A program made the translations under genes and the position numbers. DNA of 64,000 nt from Planctomycetota bacterium (GTDB taxonomy: Bacteria; Planctomycetota; UBA1135; UBA2386), in the NCBI GenBank assembly GCA_965228735.1, contig OZ245838.1:256001-320000 (forward strand). The letters run 5' to 3'. Shown piece by piece: positions 9,390 through 19,422 of the stretch. The notes under the pieces were generated by a model. The model was not told where the DNA came from. It saw only the letters and a program-made list of their open reading frames with translations, and did not search any database. Position 1 is the first letter of the stretch; each line of letters begins with the position of its first letter.

Positions 9390-10706
9390 ATGTGCCGCTC
9401 GTCTCTTGCCGCGTTTTTCCGCTCGGTCCTCGCGATCGGTCTCCCGTTCCTCCCGACGCTCTCGGCCCAGGCGCCTGCAAAGCTGCAGTCGTGGCTCGCG
9501 GCCGAGCTCGCGGAGCTGACGGCGCTCTATCGGCACCTGCACGCGAACCCCGAGCTGTCGTTCCAGGAGCGGGCGACCGCGGCGCGTCTCGCCAAGGAGC
9601 TCCGGGCTGCCGGTCTCGAGGTCACGGAGAACGTCGGCGGCACCGGCGTCGTCGCGGTCCTGCGCGGCGGTGACGGTCCGGTCGCGCTCGTGCGCGCCGA
9701 CATGGACGCGCTGCCGATCGCCGAGGCGACCGGTTTGCCGTACGCGTCGAAGATTCGCGCCGAGAGCGCGGACGGCCGCGCGATCGGGGTGATGCACGCG
9801 TGCGGTCACGACGTCCACATGGCCTGCCTCGTCGGCGTCGCGCGCTTCTTCGCCGCGCATCGCGACGCGCTGCCGGGAACGATCGTGTTTCAGTGTCAGC
9901 CCGCCGAAGAACGTTCGGGCGGCATGAGCGCGATGCTCAAGGACGGGTTGCTCGAACGCTTCCCGCGGCCGGCGTTCGCGCTCGCGCTGCACACGGCCGA
10001 CGATCAACCGGTCGGCAACATCGGCGTGCGCGCCGGGCCGGCGATGGCCAACGTCGACAGTTGTGACATCACGATGTTCGGCCGCGGCGGGCACGGCGCG
10101 CGGCCGCACCTGACGATCGATCCGATCGTGCAGGCCGCACAGCTCGTCTGTGATCTGCAGACGATCGTCGCGCGCGAGATCGATCCGGTGCAACCCGCGG
10201 TCATCACGGTCGGTTCGATCCGCGGCGGCAGCAAGCACAACATCATCTCGGATCGCTGCCATCTGCAGCTCACGATCCGGAGCTACACGCCCGAGGTGCG
10301 CGAGCAGATGCTCGCCGCGATCCGTCGCAAGGCCAAGGCGATCGCGCAGTCCTCGCGCGCGCCGGAGCCGGAGGTCGAGTTCAGCGAGAGCACGCCGGCC
10401 TTGCGGAACGACGCGGAGCTGACCGCAGCCGTGCGCGCGGCGGCCGTGGCCGAGTTCGGCGCGGAGCACGTCGTCGACATCGCGCCGGCGATGGTGGCCG
10501 AGGACTTCGGCCGCCTCGCCGTTGCCGGCATCCCGATCTGCATGTTCCGCCTCGGCACGATCGCGCCAGAACGCCTCGCGAAGATGCGCACCGCCGGCCA
10601 CGTGGCGCCGCTGCACAGCGCCGGTTACTACCCGGACGCCGGGCCTGCGATCGCGGTCGGCGTGCGCGCGATGGTCGCTGCGGTCGTTGCGCTACAGCTA
10701 CGCTGA
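9390..10706 (+). CDS. M20 family amidohydrolase, probably exported
   Basis: HANPELSFQE, RADMDALP, MHACGHD, QPAEE, GRGGHG, AEDF; signal-like N-terminus. Start could be 9381 or 9390. Confidence 0.92.
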   Translation: MCRSSLAAFFRSVLAIGLPFLPTLSAQAPAKLQSWLAAELAELTALYRHLHANPELSFQERATAARLAKELRAAGLEVTENVGGTGVVAVLRGGDGPVALVRADMDALPIAEATGLPYASKIRAESADGRAIGVMHACGHDVHMACLVGVARFFAAHRDALPGTIVFQCQPAEERSGGMSAMLKDGLLERFPRPAFALALHTADDQPVGNIGVRAGPAMANVDSCDITMFGRGGHGARPHLTIDPIVQAAQLVCDLQTIVAREIDPVQPAVITVGSIRGGSKHNIISDRCHLQLTIRSYTPEVREQMLAAIRRKAKAIAQSSRAPEPEVEFSESTPALRNDAELTAAVRAAAVAEFGAEHVVDIAPAMVAEDFGRLAVAGIPICMFRLGTIAPERLAKMRTAGHVAPLHSAGYYPDAGPAIAVGVRAMVAAVVALQLR

Positions 10707-10718
10707 TCGTCTCCGCGC

Positions 10719-11819
10719 CTAGCGGAAATGCTTGCTGAGCTTCAGCCCCTGGCCCTGGTAGTGCGAGCTCAGGCGGCGATCGCCGTACAACACCTCGGGC
10801 CGTTCCTGCGTCCGCAGGAACTCGAGCTTGAAGAACACCTGGCCGTCCTCGAGCAGGAACGGCACGTCGTGCGGCCGCACTTCGAGCACGGCGCGCGTGC
10901 CCTTCTCACCGCCGAAGCCGTTGTCGAAGAAGCCGGCGTAGTTCGTGCGCAGCTCGCCGATGCCGACGTCGTAGGCGACCATCTCGGCCGCGAGGTGCGG
11001 CGGCACGCGGATGCGTTCCTTGCTCGCGAAGATGTAGAACTCCTCGGGCTCGAGGATCATGCGGCCGTCCGGCGGCTCCTCGACCGACTCGAAGTAGGCG
11101 TTCGCGTCGTGGCCGCCGATCTCCTGCGTGTCGACGATGCCGGTGTAGCGCCGCGCGGCGTAGCCGATCGGCCCCTGGATGTCGGCGTCGCGCCGGGTCG
11201 CGATGCCCATCATCAGGCCGTTGTCGATGCGCAGCTTGTCGGCCGGCAGCGGCTCGCCGCGGTCGTCGAACAGCAGCGGGTTCTCCGCATGCTCGGCGCG
11301 CAGCTCGTCGTCGCTGAGGCGCGCGTCGCCCTCCCCGAACCGGATCTGGCACAGCGACAGGCCGGTGCGCACCTTGACCGGGAAGCTGCGCGGGACGATC
11401 TCGAGGAACAGCGGACCGGTGTAGCCCGGCGGCACCGTCTCGAAGCGGCCGCAGTTGTCGGCGAGCAGGCGCGTGAACAGGTCGAGGCGACCCGTCGACG
11501 ACTTGGGGTTCGCGCGAATGAGATACGGCAGCGGCTGGTCGACGTGCTCGAGCAACGGGATCACGTAGCAGTGGCCCTTCTCGAGCACCGCGCCGTCCGT
11601 GAGGTCGAACGTGTAGAGCGTGATGTCCTCGAGCCGGTCCGCGACGCGGCACGACTCCGGCAGGAAGCCGCTGCGCACGCGATAGCCGCGCGTCGCGAGC
11701 CGCAGATCGAGCGAACTCGGCTGGATCTGCGTGGGCGCGATCGCCGGTTCGGAGGCGAGCGCGCCCGTTTCGATCAGATTGCGAATCTGCTGATAGACCA
11801 GGATGCCGTTTGCCGCCAC
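10719..11819 (-). CDS. dcd: 2'-deoxycytidine 5'-triphosphate deaminase (long, two-domain type)
   Basis: QIQPSSLDLRL, ANPKSSTGRLDLFTR, YAGFFDNGFG, VLEVRPHDVPF, YQGQGLKLSKHF. GTG start 11819 chosen to avoid overlap with fadE. Confidence 0.9.
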   Translation of the reverse strand: MAANGILVYQQIRNLIETGALASEPAIAPTQIQPSSLDLRLATRGYRVRSGFLPESCRVADRLEDITLYTFDLTDGAVLEKGHCYVIPLLEHVDQPLPYLIRANPKSSTGRLDLFTRLLADNCGRFETVPPGYTGPLFLEIVPRSFPVKVRTGLSLCQIRFGEGDARLSDDELRAEHAENPLLFDDRGEPLPADKLRIDNGLMMGIATRRDADIQGPIGYAARRYTGIVDTQEIGGHDANAYFESVEEPPDGRMILEPEEFYIFASKERIRVPPHLAAEMVAYDVGIGELRTNYAGFFDNGFGGEKGTRAVLEVRPHDVPFLLEDGQVFFKLEFLRTQERPEVLYGDRRLSSHYQGQGLKLSKHFR

Positions 11820-11829
11820 GCGGTGCAGG

Positions 11830-14343
11830 CTATCCCGGCGTCGGTTCGAATTCCGCGTCGGCTTCGGGAACTTCGGGCGCGTTCCCGGCTGCCGCGGCGG
11901 CACCTCCGACGCTGCTCTGCATGTACTCGGCCAGTGTAAAACTATCCACAGCGACGGCCGCGGCGCGCGCGGTCTCGGCCTGCTTCACGAGGTCGCGCTC
12001 GGCGGTCGTGAGGATGCCGCCGTCGACGGCCTGGTCGAGCAGCTCGGCGGGTCGCGCCTTCGGCAGCCGCCCGGCGCGCATCGCGTCCTTGAGCTTCCGG
12101 ATGACCGGCTCGGCGTCGGTGCACAGCTGCAGCGCGTGCTCGAGGCGGCCGAGTGCGGAGCTCGTGTCGGTTGGCTGGTGGATGCGGTCGGTCAGGCGAT
12201 CGCGCATGCCGCTCGGCGTGAGCAGAACGGCAGCCGCGCGGTGACCGAGCGCATCGCTCGGGCCGCGGCCGAACGGGTTGAGGCGTGCGAGCGGGCCGAA
12301 CGTCCAGCGCAGCGCGTGCCCGACGCCCGGCAGGCGCAGGTTGTCGTAGATGCCCGTGCGCGCCGTCTGCATGCGCTCGAACGCGTGCTCGAGCACCCAG
12401 TGGACGAGCGCGCGGTCCTCGGCCTTCTTGCCTTCGGCTTCGAAGCGACGCAGCGCGGCCGCGCCGAGGAAGAGCCACGAGAACCAGTCGGCGAAGCGAC
12501 CGGTCAGCTTCTCCTTGCGCTTGAGGTTGCCCCCGAGCGTGCCCATGGCCATGTCGGCGAGCAGCGCGAACTCGGCGCTGGCCCAGTCGAGCCGCTGCCA
12601 CAGCCGCTTCGTGCCGCTGCTGCCCGGCGTGAACGACAGCACGCCGCGCGTCAGGCCGTGCACGACCGTGCGCACCGCGTTGGTGATCACGTGACCGATG
12701 TGCGGCCAGAACGCGCGGTCGAAGGCCTGGCCGTCGCCCTTGCTGATCGCGTCGAGCTCCTGGTAGGCGAACGGGTGACAGCGGATCGCGCCCTGGCCGA
12801 AGATCATCAGCGTGCGCGTGAGGATGTTGGCGCCTTCCACCGTGATGCAGATCGGCGTGCCCATGTAGCCGTGCGCGAGCAGGTTCTTCGGGCCGCGCGA
12901 GATCGCCGCACCGCCGAGGATGTCCATGCCGTCGTTGATGACGTCGCGCCAGATCTCGGTCGTGTTGAACTTGGCGATCGCGGTGACGACGGCGGGCTGT
13001 TGCCCGGCGTCGAGCGCGCCGTTGACGAAACGTCGCAGCGCCTCGAGCAGGTAGGTGTTGCCCGCGATGCGCGCGAGCGGTTCCTCGATGCCCTCGAAGC
13101 GGCCGATCGGCAGGCCGAACTGCTGGCGCACGGCGGCGTAGGCCCCGACCGCGCGCGCGACGAGCTGCGTGCCGCCGGTCGCCGTCGCCGGCAGCGACAC
13201 GCCGCGCCCGGCCGCGAGGCACTCCATGAGCATCTTCCAGCCGCGGCCGGCACCGGCCTTGCCGCCGATGATCGCGTCCTCGAGCTTGACGACGACGTTC
13301 TCGCCGGTGGTGGGGCAGTTGTAGAACGGCACGCCCATCGGATCGTGGCGCTTGCCGAGCACGACGCCCTTCGTCGACGTCGGGATCAGCGCGCACGTGA
13401 TGCCCGGGGCCGGGCCGAGGCCCAGCAGGTTCTCCGGATCCTGCAGCTGGAACGCGAGGCCGAGCACCGTCGCGATCGCCGCGAGCGTGATGTAGCGCTT
13501 GTTCCACGACAGCCGCAGGTAGAGCTCGCCGTCCTCGCCGCGGAAGACGACGCCCTTGCTCTGGATCGCGCCGGCGTCCGAGCCAGCGCCCGGTTCGGTC
13601 AACGCGAAGCACGGGATCTCCTCGCCCTTGCTGAGCGCGGGCAGCCAGCGGTGCTTTTGCGCATCCGTGCCGTAGTGCGTGAGCAGTTCGCCCGGGCCGA
13701 GCGAGTTCGGCACCATGACCGTGATCGCGAGCGGCAGCGAGCGCGACGCGAGCTTGGTGACGACCGCGCTGTTGGCCGACGCCGACATGCCGAGACCGCC
13801 GTGCTCCTTCGGGATGATCATGCCGAAGAAGCCGTGCTGCTTGAGTTCGTCCCAGACGGCGGTCGGCAGATCGCGCTCCTGCCAGACCTGCCAGTCGTCC
13901 GTCATCGCGCAGACCGTCTCGACGGGGCCGTCGATGAACGCGCGCTCCTCGTCGGTCAGGTCGGGGTAGTTCGCGGCCGCGATCTTGCTCAGCTTCGGTC
14001 GCCCGGAGAACAGCTCGCCGTCGAGCCACACCGTGCCGGCCGCGATGGCTTCCCGTTCGGTCGCGCTGATCTGCGGCATGAACCCGCTCTTCTGCATGAA
14101 GCGCAGGATGCGATCACTGACGAGCGCCTGGCGCAGCGGCGGCACGCAGAGCACGAACAGCGGCGGCGCGATCGGCAGCCAGAGCCACCACGGCGCGCCG
14201 AGGAGCCACATCAGCGCCGCGGTCGCGGTCGCGAACAGCCACATGGGGGCGGCGAAGAACACGACCGTCGTGAGAACGGTCGCGGTGACCAGCAGGGCCG
14301 GCCAGAACGACAGGCCGAAGGCTCCGAAGAAGTAGTTGTCCAT
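11830..14343 (-). CDS. fadE: Long membrane-anchored acyl-CoA dehydrogenase
   Basis: N-terminal TM helices; MPQISATEREAIAAG, TVMVPNSLGPGELL, CFALTEPGAGSDA, RQQFGLPIGRFEG, ITVEGANILTR; 837 aa. Confidence 0.93.
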   Translation of the reverse strand: MDNYFFGAFGLSFWPALLVTATVLTTVVFFAAPMWLFATATAALMWLLGAPWWLWLPIAPPLFVLCVPPLRQALVSDRILRFMQKSGFMPQISATEREAIAAGTVWLDGELFSGRPKLSKIAAANYPDLTDEERAFIDGPVETVCAMTDDWQVWQERDLPTAVWDELKQHGFFGMIIPKEHGGLGMSASANSAVVTKLASRSLPLAITVMVPNSLGPGELLTHYGTDAQKHRWLPALSKGEEIPCFALTEPGAGSDAGAIQSKGVVFRGEDGELYLRLSWNKRYITLAAIATVLGLAFQLQDPENLLGLGPAPGITCALIPTSTKGVVLGKRHDPMGVPFYNCPTTGENVVVKLEDAIIGGKAGAGRGWKMLMECLAAGRGVSLPATATGGTQLVARAVGAYAAVRQQFGLPIGRFEGIEEPLARIAGNTYLLEALRRFVNGALDAGQQPAVVTAIAKFNTTEIWRDVINDGMDILGGAAISRGPKNLLAHGYMGTPICITVEGANILTRTLMIFGQGAIRCHPFAYQELDAISKGDGQAFDRAFWPHIGHVITNAVRTVVHGLTRGVLSFTPGSSGTKRLWQRLDWASAEFALLADMAMGTLGGNLKRKEKLTGRFADWFSWLFLGAAALRRFEAEGKKAEDRALVHWVLEHAFERMQTARTGIYDNLRLPGVGHALRWTFGPLARLNPFGRGPSDALGHRAAAVLLTPSGMRDRLTDRIHQPTDTSSALGRLEHALQLCTDAEPVIRKLKDAMRAGRLPKARPAELLDQAVDGGILTTAERDLVKQAETARAAAVAVDSFTLAEYMQSSVGGAAAAAGNAPEVPEADAEFEPTPG

Positions 14344-14866
14344 GGCTGCAGCGCGGGAGTCGATACCTGCGGAGGTATCGGCAGTTCGGGCCGCTGCCCT
14401 TCTCTAGTTCGGGAACGGGCGCTGCCTACGCCGGTTGTGGGCGGTTCGCGGGTTTGCAGGACGGTCGCAATAGTCCCTCGCGACTCGACGAACTCGCCAC
14501 CCGTCCACGCCGCCACGTGGTCCTCATCTTGGTCACAGCATTCATTCATCCGCGCCTGTGCGTTCGCGGCGCCCGAGCCTAGCCCCAGCCCGCCCCGGCC
14601 CGGGCTCCCGCGTTGACATACTGCGGGTCCGTTCAAACGTTCGAACTGCTCATGTGACGTCCATTCATCGCGACGCCGCGATCACGTGGAGCCGCTGGCG
14701 GCGCCCGACCACTGAATCGCAACCCGAAATGACCCGAGAACGGGCATGCCGCGGGCGGAGTAGCGGGTGTTGGGTTGGGCCGTCGGAGCTTGCATCTTGC
14801 ATTCGGAGCGTCGCTCTTGCTGCCTGCGGCGGAGTCGTCGACCGGCTGCGGGCTTGCGTTGGGGTC

Positions 14867-14894
14867 TTGACAGCTTGGTGTCTCGCAGTAGCGT
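14867..14894 (+). promoter_or_regulatory. Putative sigma-70 promoter for the Cys-rich secreted protein gene
   Basis: TTGACA-16 nt-TAGCGT, about 50 nt upstream of SD GAGGAG and ATG 14946. Confidence 0.4.
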
Positions 14895-15086
14895 TTGCGT
14901 TTGGATAGCGAGAACAACGCAAGTCTCGTCGAAGAAGAGGAGCCCATGAAAATCAGCCGCACCCGCTTGGCTTTCTGCGCCGTCGTTCTGCCCGTTGCGA
15001 TCGCACTCATGCCCTCGGGGGCGAATTGGGGACCGAACACTGGTTGCCTGTGTGACGCGGACGCGGGGATTCAGAGTTCGTTCGGC

Positions 15087-16511
15087 GGCAAAGCAACATT
15101 CGTTCTGTAAGAGCGAGCCCATAGTCGGCGAATCATTTCACTCAGCGTCCATGGAGAGATAGCGACGGCCAGTCACCCAGTCCTCGCTGATCTCCATGAG
15201 GACCGCGGTGGCGAGCCGGAGAAGAGAGGCGTCGTTGGGGAAGAGCGTCGCAACGCGGGTGCGGCGCAGGAGCTCCTTGTTGAGGCGCTCGAGCATGTTG
15301 GTCGTGCGAAGGCAGCGACGGTGCGTCGCCGGGATCGCGAAGACAGCGAAGCCGTCGGGGACGTTGTCGCGAGCCCACCGGACAAAGTCGGGAGCGGTTT
15401 CCGCGTGATCCTCCAGAAGCCTATCAAGAAGCCGTTCGGCCTCAGGTCGGTCTGGAGCGTTGAAGACCGCACGAAGTCCACGAGCGATCGACGGGCGCAA
15501 CGAGACGGTCGGCACTCGTGGAGCGGCGTTGCGTTGCAGGTGGAACTGGCAGCGTTGCCAGGCGACTCCGGGAAAGCTCGCCGCCAAAGCTTGGCGGAGG
15601 CCAGAGTGGTCGTCACTGACGACGAGTCCGAGCCCGTGCAGGCCACGTTCACGCAGGCTGTCGAGGAAGTCGCGCCAGTGGACCTCGGCTTCCGAGCGCG
15701 ACACGCTGACGCCGAGGACCGAGCGATGGCCTGCATCATCGACGCCCGTCGCGATCAGGACGGCCGCGCTCATGACGGAGCCGGCGTGCCGGACCTTTTC
15801 GTAGCGGGCATCGAGGACCAGGTAGCGGCACCGGCCGAGCTCGCGCATCCGCCACTGCTGCAGCTCGTCGTCGAGTGCCGCGGCGGCCCGGGAGACCTGC
15901 TGGGACGACACCTGTACTCCGCAGAGCTCCTCGGTGATCGCGGCGACCTTGCGGGTCGAGACGCCCTGGACGTACATCTCGGCGACCGCGAGCTTCAGGG
16001 CGCGCTCCGAGCGAATCCCGCGTTCGAGTGCCGTCGGATAGAAGCGCTCGCCGTCGACGGCCTCGCGGACCTGCGGAACGGCGAACTCGATCGCGCCGAC
16101 GCGAGTCGCCACGGTCTTCGGCTTGAAGCCGTTGGCGTAGCCCCGTCGTGACTCGGTGCGCTCGTTTGGGCCGGCGCCCAGGAACGCGGATCGCTCGATC
16201 TTCATGGCCTCGTTCACGAGGACGCGGATCGCGTCCGCGATCCCTCCCAGACCCTGCGTTGCGATGGATTCCAAGACGGTGTCGAGCGTGCTACTTTCGG
16301 ATTGGTGGGTCACTTCGTTCTGCTTTCGTTGTGGTTAACAAAAGCTGAGCGTCGTGACTCGCCGACTTGAAGCATCCGTCCGCGCCGGCGGTGGTCGTCG
16401 CGGTCGGCCTGGCCACTGCACCCAGGGTGCAGCGCCCAGACCAACCGCGACGACCACCGCCGACTGCGTCAAGCTGCCTCGGGCGGTTTACAGAACGCAT
16501 GCTGCACTACC
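15087..16511 (-). mobile_element. IS256-family insertion sequence (1425 bp)
   Basis: 24-bp imperfect terminal IRs at 15087-15110 and 16488-16511 (19/24 match); 8-bp direct repeat CGTTCGGC at 15079-15086 and 16512-16519; single transposase ORF. Confidence 0.95.
15138..16313 (-). CDS. IS256-family DDE transposase
   Basis: EMYVQGVSTRKV, YLVLDA, VSDDHSGL, WQRCQFH (CxxH), RTTNMLERLN; intact 391 aa. Confidence 0.96.
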   Translation of the reverse strand: MTHQSESSTLDTVLESIATQGLGGIADAIRVLVNEAMKIERSAFLGAGPNERTESRRGYANGFKPKTVATRVGAIEFAVPQVREAVDGERFYPTALERGIRSERALKLAVAEMYVQGVSTRKVAAITEELCGVQVSSQQVSRAAAALDDELQQWRMRELGRCRYLVLDARYEKVRHAGSVMSAAVLIATGVDDAGHRSVLGVSVSRSEAEVHWRDFLDSLRERGLHGLGLVVSDDHSGLRQALAASFPGVAWQRCQFHLQRNAAPRVPTVSLRPSIARGLRAVFNAPDRPEAERLLDRLLEDHAETAPDFVRWARDNVPDGFAVFAIPATHRRCLRTTNMLERLNKELLRRTRVATLFPNDASLLRLATAVLMEISEDWVTGRRYLSMDAE

Positions 16512-16846
16512 CGTTCGGCTCGAACTGCGGTGCGAACCTCCCGTCGGTTTCTCTGATCACCTTTGCGCCAGGCTTCGTCCACGGCTCGTGCGATGGTGGC
16601 ACCCCCCCTGCCCGGTTGCGCTCCACTGCGCCGGCGTCGTGAACGTCAAATTCACATCGAAGCCGTTCACGACTATGCGTCACTTGGTTGGAGATCCGTG
16701 GGCGCAAACGCAGAGCACGACGCTTCAAGTAGGCGGCTGTGGGTCCTTCTCTACGGAGACGTGGGAAGTGGGGCACCACCTGACGTTCGCGAACATCTGC
16801 TACTTCGACATTCGGGCTTGGTGCAACTACTGCTCCGAGACCAGCG

Positions 16847-17719
16847 ATGTCTAGCTCGGCCAGGCCCAGCCACCGACTGCTGGCGAGCGTGATAGTCGTC
16901 GCGCTCGGGCTGGCCGTTGCTTGGCTCGCGTCGTCCCGGTGTTCACGCCCTGATGGGATTCGTGAGCTAGAGTCCTATCGATCTGCAGAACGCGAACGCC
17001 AAGTGCTGCAACAAGCAGCCAGTGACCTTGAGACCATCCGCACGGAGTTTCCAAGTGCCCTCGACATCTTGAGCAAGGGGCAGCAACCTGCCACCTTCGC
17101 AGTTCCGAGCCAATCAGAGTGCGTATGGTGGCCTGGCGTCGTCCGCAACACATACGACATCCCGTTCCTGTTCACGCACGGTAAGCTCAAAGCGGATCTG
17201 CTTTGGCGCAACGAGCTGCTGAACCGGGAGGATCGCGCTCCATGTCCAGACGACAAGAAGGCGCTCGATTCGCTTCTCAGGGAATTGAACCAGGCGACCA
17301 TGCCGGTCTCCATCTACTGCGATGAGGTCGAGATAGCAGAACGAACGCGTGTGGTGAGAGCTGGCCTGGTCCCAGCATTCGATGCTCCACCCAAGAGTGA
17401 CCTCGCACTCAGGAGCATCGCTCGCGTTGCGGTCGAAGATGCCGCGAGACGCGGAATTGACCTCGACTACGACCAGGAGCTTGAGAAGCTCCGTGCCGAC
17501 CCTCCTCCCGCCCTGGGGGGAATCTCTCGGTTCACGCTCGACGGCGTCCACTACCGGACGGAAGACTTCCCCCCGTTGCCAGACACAGCCAGCGCACGTG
17601 AAGCGCTCAAGTACTGCGCGACTGAATCGCTCGCGATCGTGCTCGGGTTCTTCATCAGCCGTGGCTACACGAATTGGGCGCCAGATCTAGAGAAGGTTGT
17701 GGAAGGGGTCGCACGTTAG
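16847..17719 (+). CDS. Hypothetical protein with N-terminal membrane anchor
   Basis: 290-aa ORF with hydrophobic LLASVIVVALGLAVAWLA; start overlaps the stop of the reconstructed upstream gene; codon usage less GC3-biased than the flanks. Confidence 0.7.
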   Translation: MSSSARPSHRLLASVIVVALGLAVAWLASSRCSRPDGIRELESYRSAERERQVLQQAASDLETIRTEFPSALDILSKGQQPATFAVPSQSECVWWPGVVRNTYDIPFLFTHGKLKADLLWRNELLNREDRAPCPDDKKALDSLLRELNQATMPVSIYCDEVEIAERTRVVRAGLVPAFDAPPKSDLALRSIARVAVEDAARRGIDLDYDQELEKLRADPPPALGGISRFTLDGVHYRTEDFPPLPDTASAREALKYCATESLAIVLGFFISRGYTNWAPDLEKVVEGVAR

Positions 17720-17893
17720 AGCTCGCGAGCACGGGCGTTTGTCGGATCTACATCAAGAGTCAGTGCCCCCGGCGGGAACTCACTCGATGAACCTCGCCGC
17801 GACCCGGGGCTCGCGGGCCCCCTGTTGAGCGTGCCCGTTGGTGTGACCTGCGCCGTCGCGTCTTGGTCGATTGACTGCGGTCTGATCCGTCCG

Positions 17894-18391
17894 TCACAGC
17901 GCCCGCTCGAAGAACGTGTCACACCCGTGATGCCCCGTCGCTCCGCGTGGCCCGGGGATCTCCTCGAAGCCGTGCGCGCGATACACGTGCTGCGCCGTCT
18001 TCATCCACGACGTCGTCTCGAGGTAGCAGCGCGCGTAGTCAGCGGCGCGCATCTCGTCGAGCAGCAGGTCGAGCAGCGCGTGGCCGAGGCCGTGGCCGCG
18101 GGCGGTGTCGCGGAAGTACATCTTGCGCAGTTCGCACACCGAGTCGGCCTCGGTCGTGCCTGCGAGGCGGGCGAAGCCGCCGCCGCCAAACACCTCGCCG
18201 CCGCGGGTCACGACGAAGTAGCCGGCTGCGGGTTGCCGATACGCCGCGGTCATCGCCTCGACCTCGGGGTCGTGGATCGCGAATCCTTCGCCCGAGCAAT
18301 TGTGCTCCGTCATCACGTCGTGGATCACCGCTTTCACGGCCGCATCGTCGGCCGCGCGGATCGGGCGCAGGATCCAGGGGTGATCGCTCAT
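17894..18391 (-). CDS. GNAT family N-acetyltransferase
   Basis: LRPIRAADDAA, CELRKMYF..ARGHGLG, CYLETT, YRAHGF; ATGA overlap with the upstream gene. Confidence 0.92.
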   Translation of the reverse strand: MSDHPWILRPIRAADDAAVKAVIHDVMTEHNCSGEGFAIHDPEVEAMTAAYRQPAAGYFVVTRGGEVFGGGGFARLAGTTEADSVCELRKMYFRDTARGHGLGHALLDLLLDEMRAADYARCYLETTSWMKTAQHVYRAHGFEEIPGPRGATGHHGCDTFFERAL

Positions 18392-19422
18392 CGGCTGGCT
18401 CCCGGGTTGGTCCATCGATCGCGGTGCAGGCGGGCTGTGCCGAGCACGCGTTCCCACTGCATCGCGGGGCCCGGGTCCTGCTTGTTGGTCTGCACGTGGA
18501 AGTGGCCGATGATCCCGTCGAACGACTGCAGTCGTTCGTCCGCGAGCTTCTCCTGTACGATCGCGCCGCTGCTCGTGCGCGGCGCCTTCAGCTCGATCCG
18601 AGGCAGCGCGAGCGACAGCCCGGCGCAGAGTTTCGCGAGCGCTTCGTACTGCGCGGTCGTGAAGTCGAGCTGGTGGGCGGGGCGGTCATTGATGACGCCC
18701 TCCTGGATCTCGGGGCGATCCGGGCGCGCGATGAAGCCCTCGGTGCGGACGCCGGTCTCGGTCATCCACTTCGGGTACTTCATGCGCCAGCCGTCGTCGT
18801 CCTTCTCGTACCACCGCCGCATCGGCGCGCCCATCGGCTGCGGGTAGGCGCCCGGGTGCGCGATCTCGACGCCGACGGCGTAGTCGTTGGACGTCGTCGC
18901 GTGCCACGCGCGCTCCTTGAGATCGAGCGTCTGGTAGATCGTGCCGTCGACGTCGAGCATGAAGTGCACGGACAGGGTGCGCAGGTCCTGCAGGATCTTG
19001 AAGCACTGGCGCGAGGTGCCCGCGACGTCGTAGTGCAGGACGAACGCGTGGACCTGTTCCTGCAGTTCTTCGAGGGTCTGCGGGTTGCCGGGGCGCTGGC
19101 CGTAGCGCTTCTTGCCGTCCGGCTCTTCGTCCTCGGTGAAGCGCTTCTTCTCCTCGTAGGCGTTGTAGCCGCCTTCGTCGCTCCACAACACGACGGGCGT
19201 GTCGATGTCGACGCGTTCGCCGCAGACGACGATCGAGTAGCCGGCGCGCGGCACCGGGCGCGCCCCGGTGGGGCGGCCGGCGACGCAGCGCACGAAGAGC
19301 AGCAGGCCGAGGCCGAGCAGGACGACGGCGACGCGGGTCTTCAGCGGGCGCTGCAGCCAGCGCGCGAACGGGCCGCAACTCGTGCCGGCGCGGGAGCGGG
19401 GGGCGGGGGTAGGTTCGGTCAT
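18388..19422 (-). CDS. N-acetylmuramoyl-L-alanine amidase (Amidase_2 type), membrane-anchored
   Basis: FVLHYD, LSVHFMLDVDGTIYQ, RAWHA, GVEI, IIGHFHV..KQDPG; N-terminal TM; ATG 19422 overlaps the upstream stop. Confidence 0.9.
   Translation of the reverse strand: MTEPTPAPRSRAGTSCGPFARWLQRPLKTRVAVVLLGLGLLLFVRCVAGRPTGARPVPRAGYSIVVCGERVDIDTPVVLWSDEGGYNAYEEKKRFTEDEEPDGKKRYGQRPGNPQTLEELQEQVHAFVLHYDVAGTSRQCFKILQDLRTLSVHFMLDVDGTIYQTLDLKERAWHATTSNDYAVGVEIAHPGAYPQPMGAPMRRWYEKDDDGWRMKYPKWMTETGVRTEGFIARPDRPEIQEGVINDRPAHQLDFTTAQYEALAKLCAGLSLALPRIELKAPRTSSGAIVQEKLADERLQSFDGIIGHFHVQTNKQDPGPAMQWERVLGTARLHRDRWTNPGASR

Larger units (their letters stand above)
14946..16854 (+). pseudogene. Cys-rich secreted protein gene, interrupted by IS256 and frameshifted at a C7 tract
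   Basis: SD + signal peptide MKISRTRLAFCAVVLPVAIALMPSGA. Removing the IS and one TSD restores the frame (..SSFG|SNCGAN..). One extra C at 16602-16608 continues into CPVALHC...WCNYCSETSDV*, whose stop overlaps the next ATG. Confidence 0.75.
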
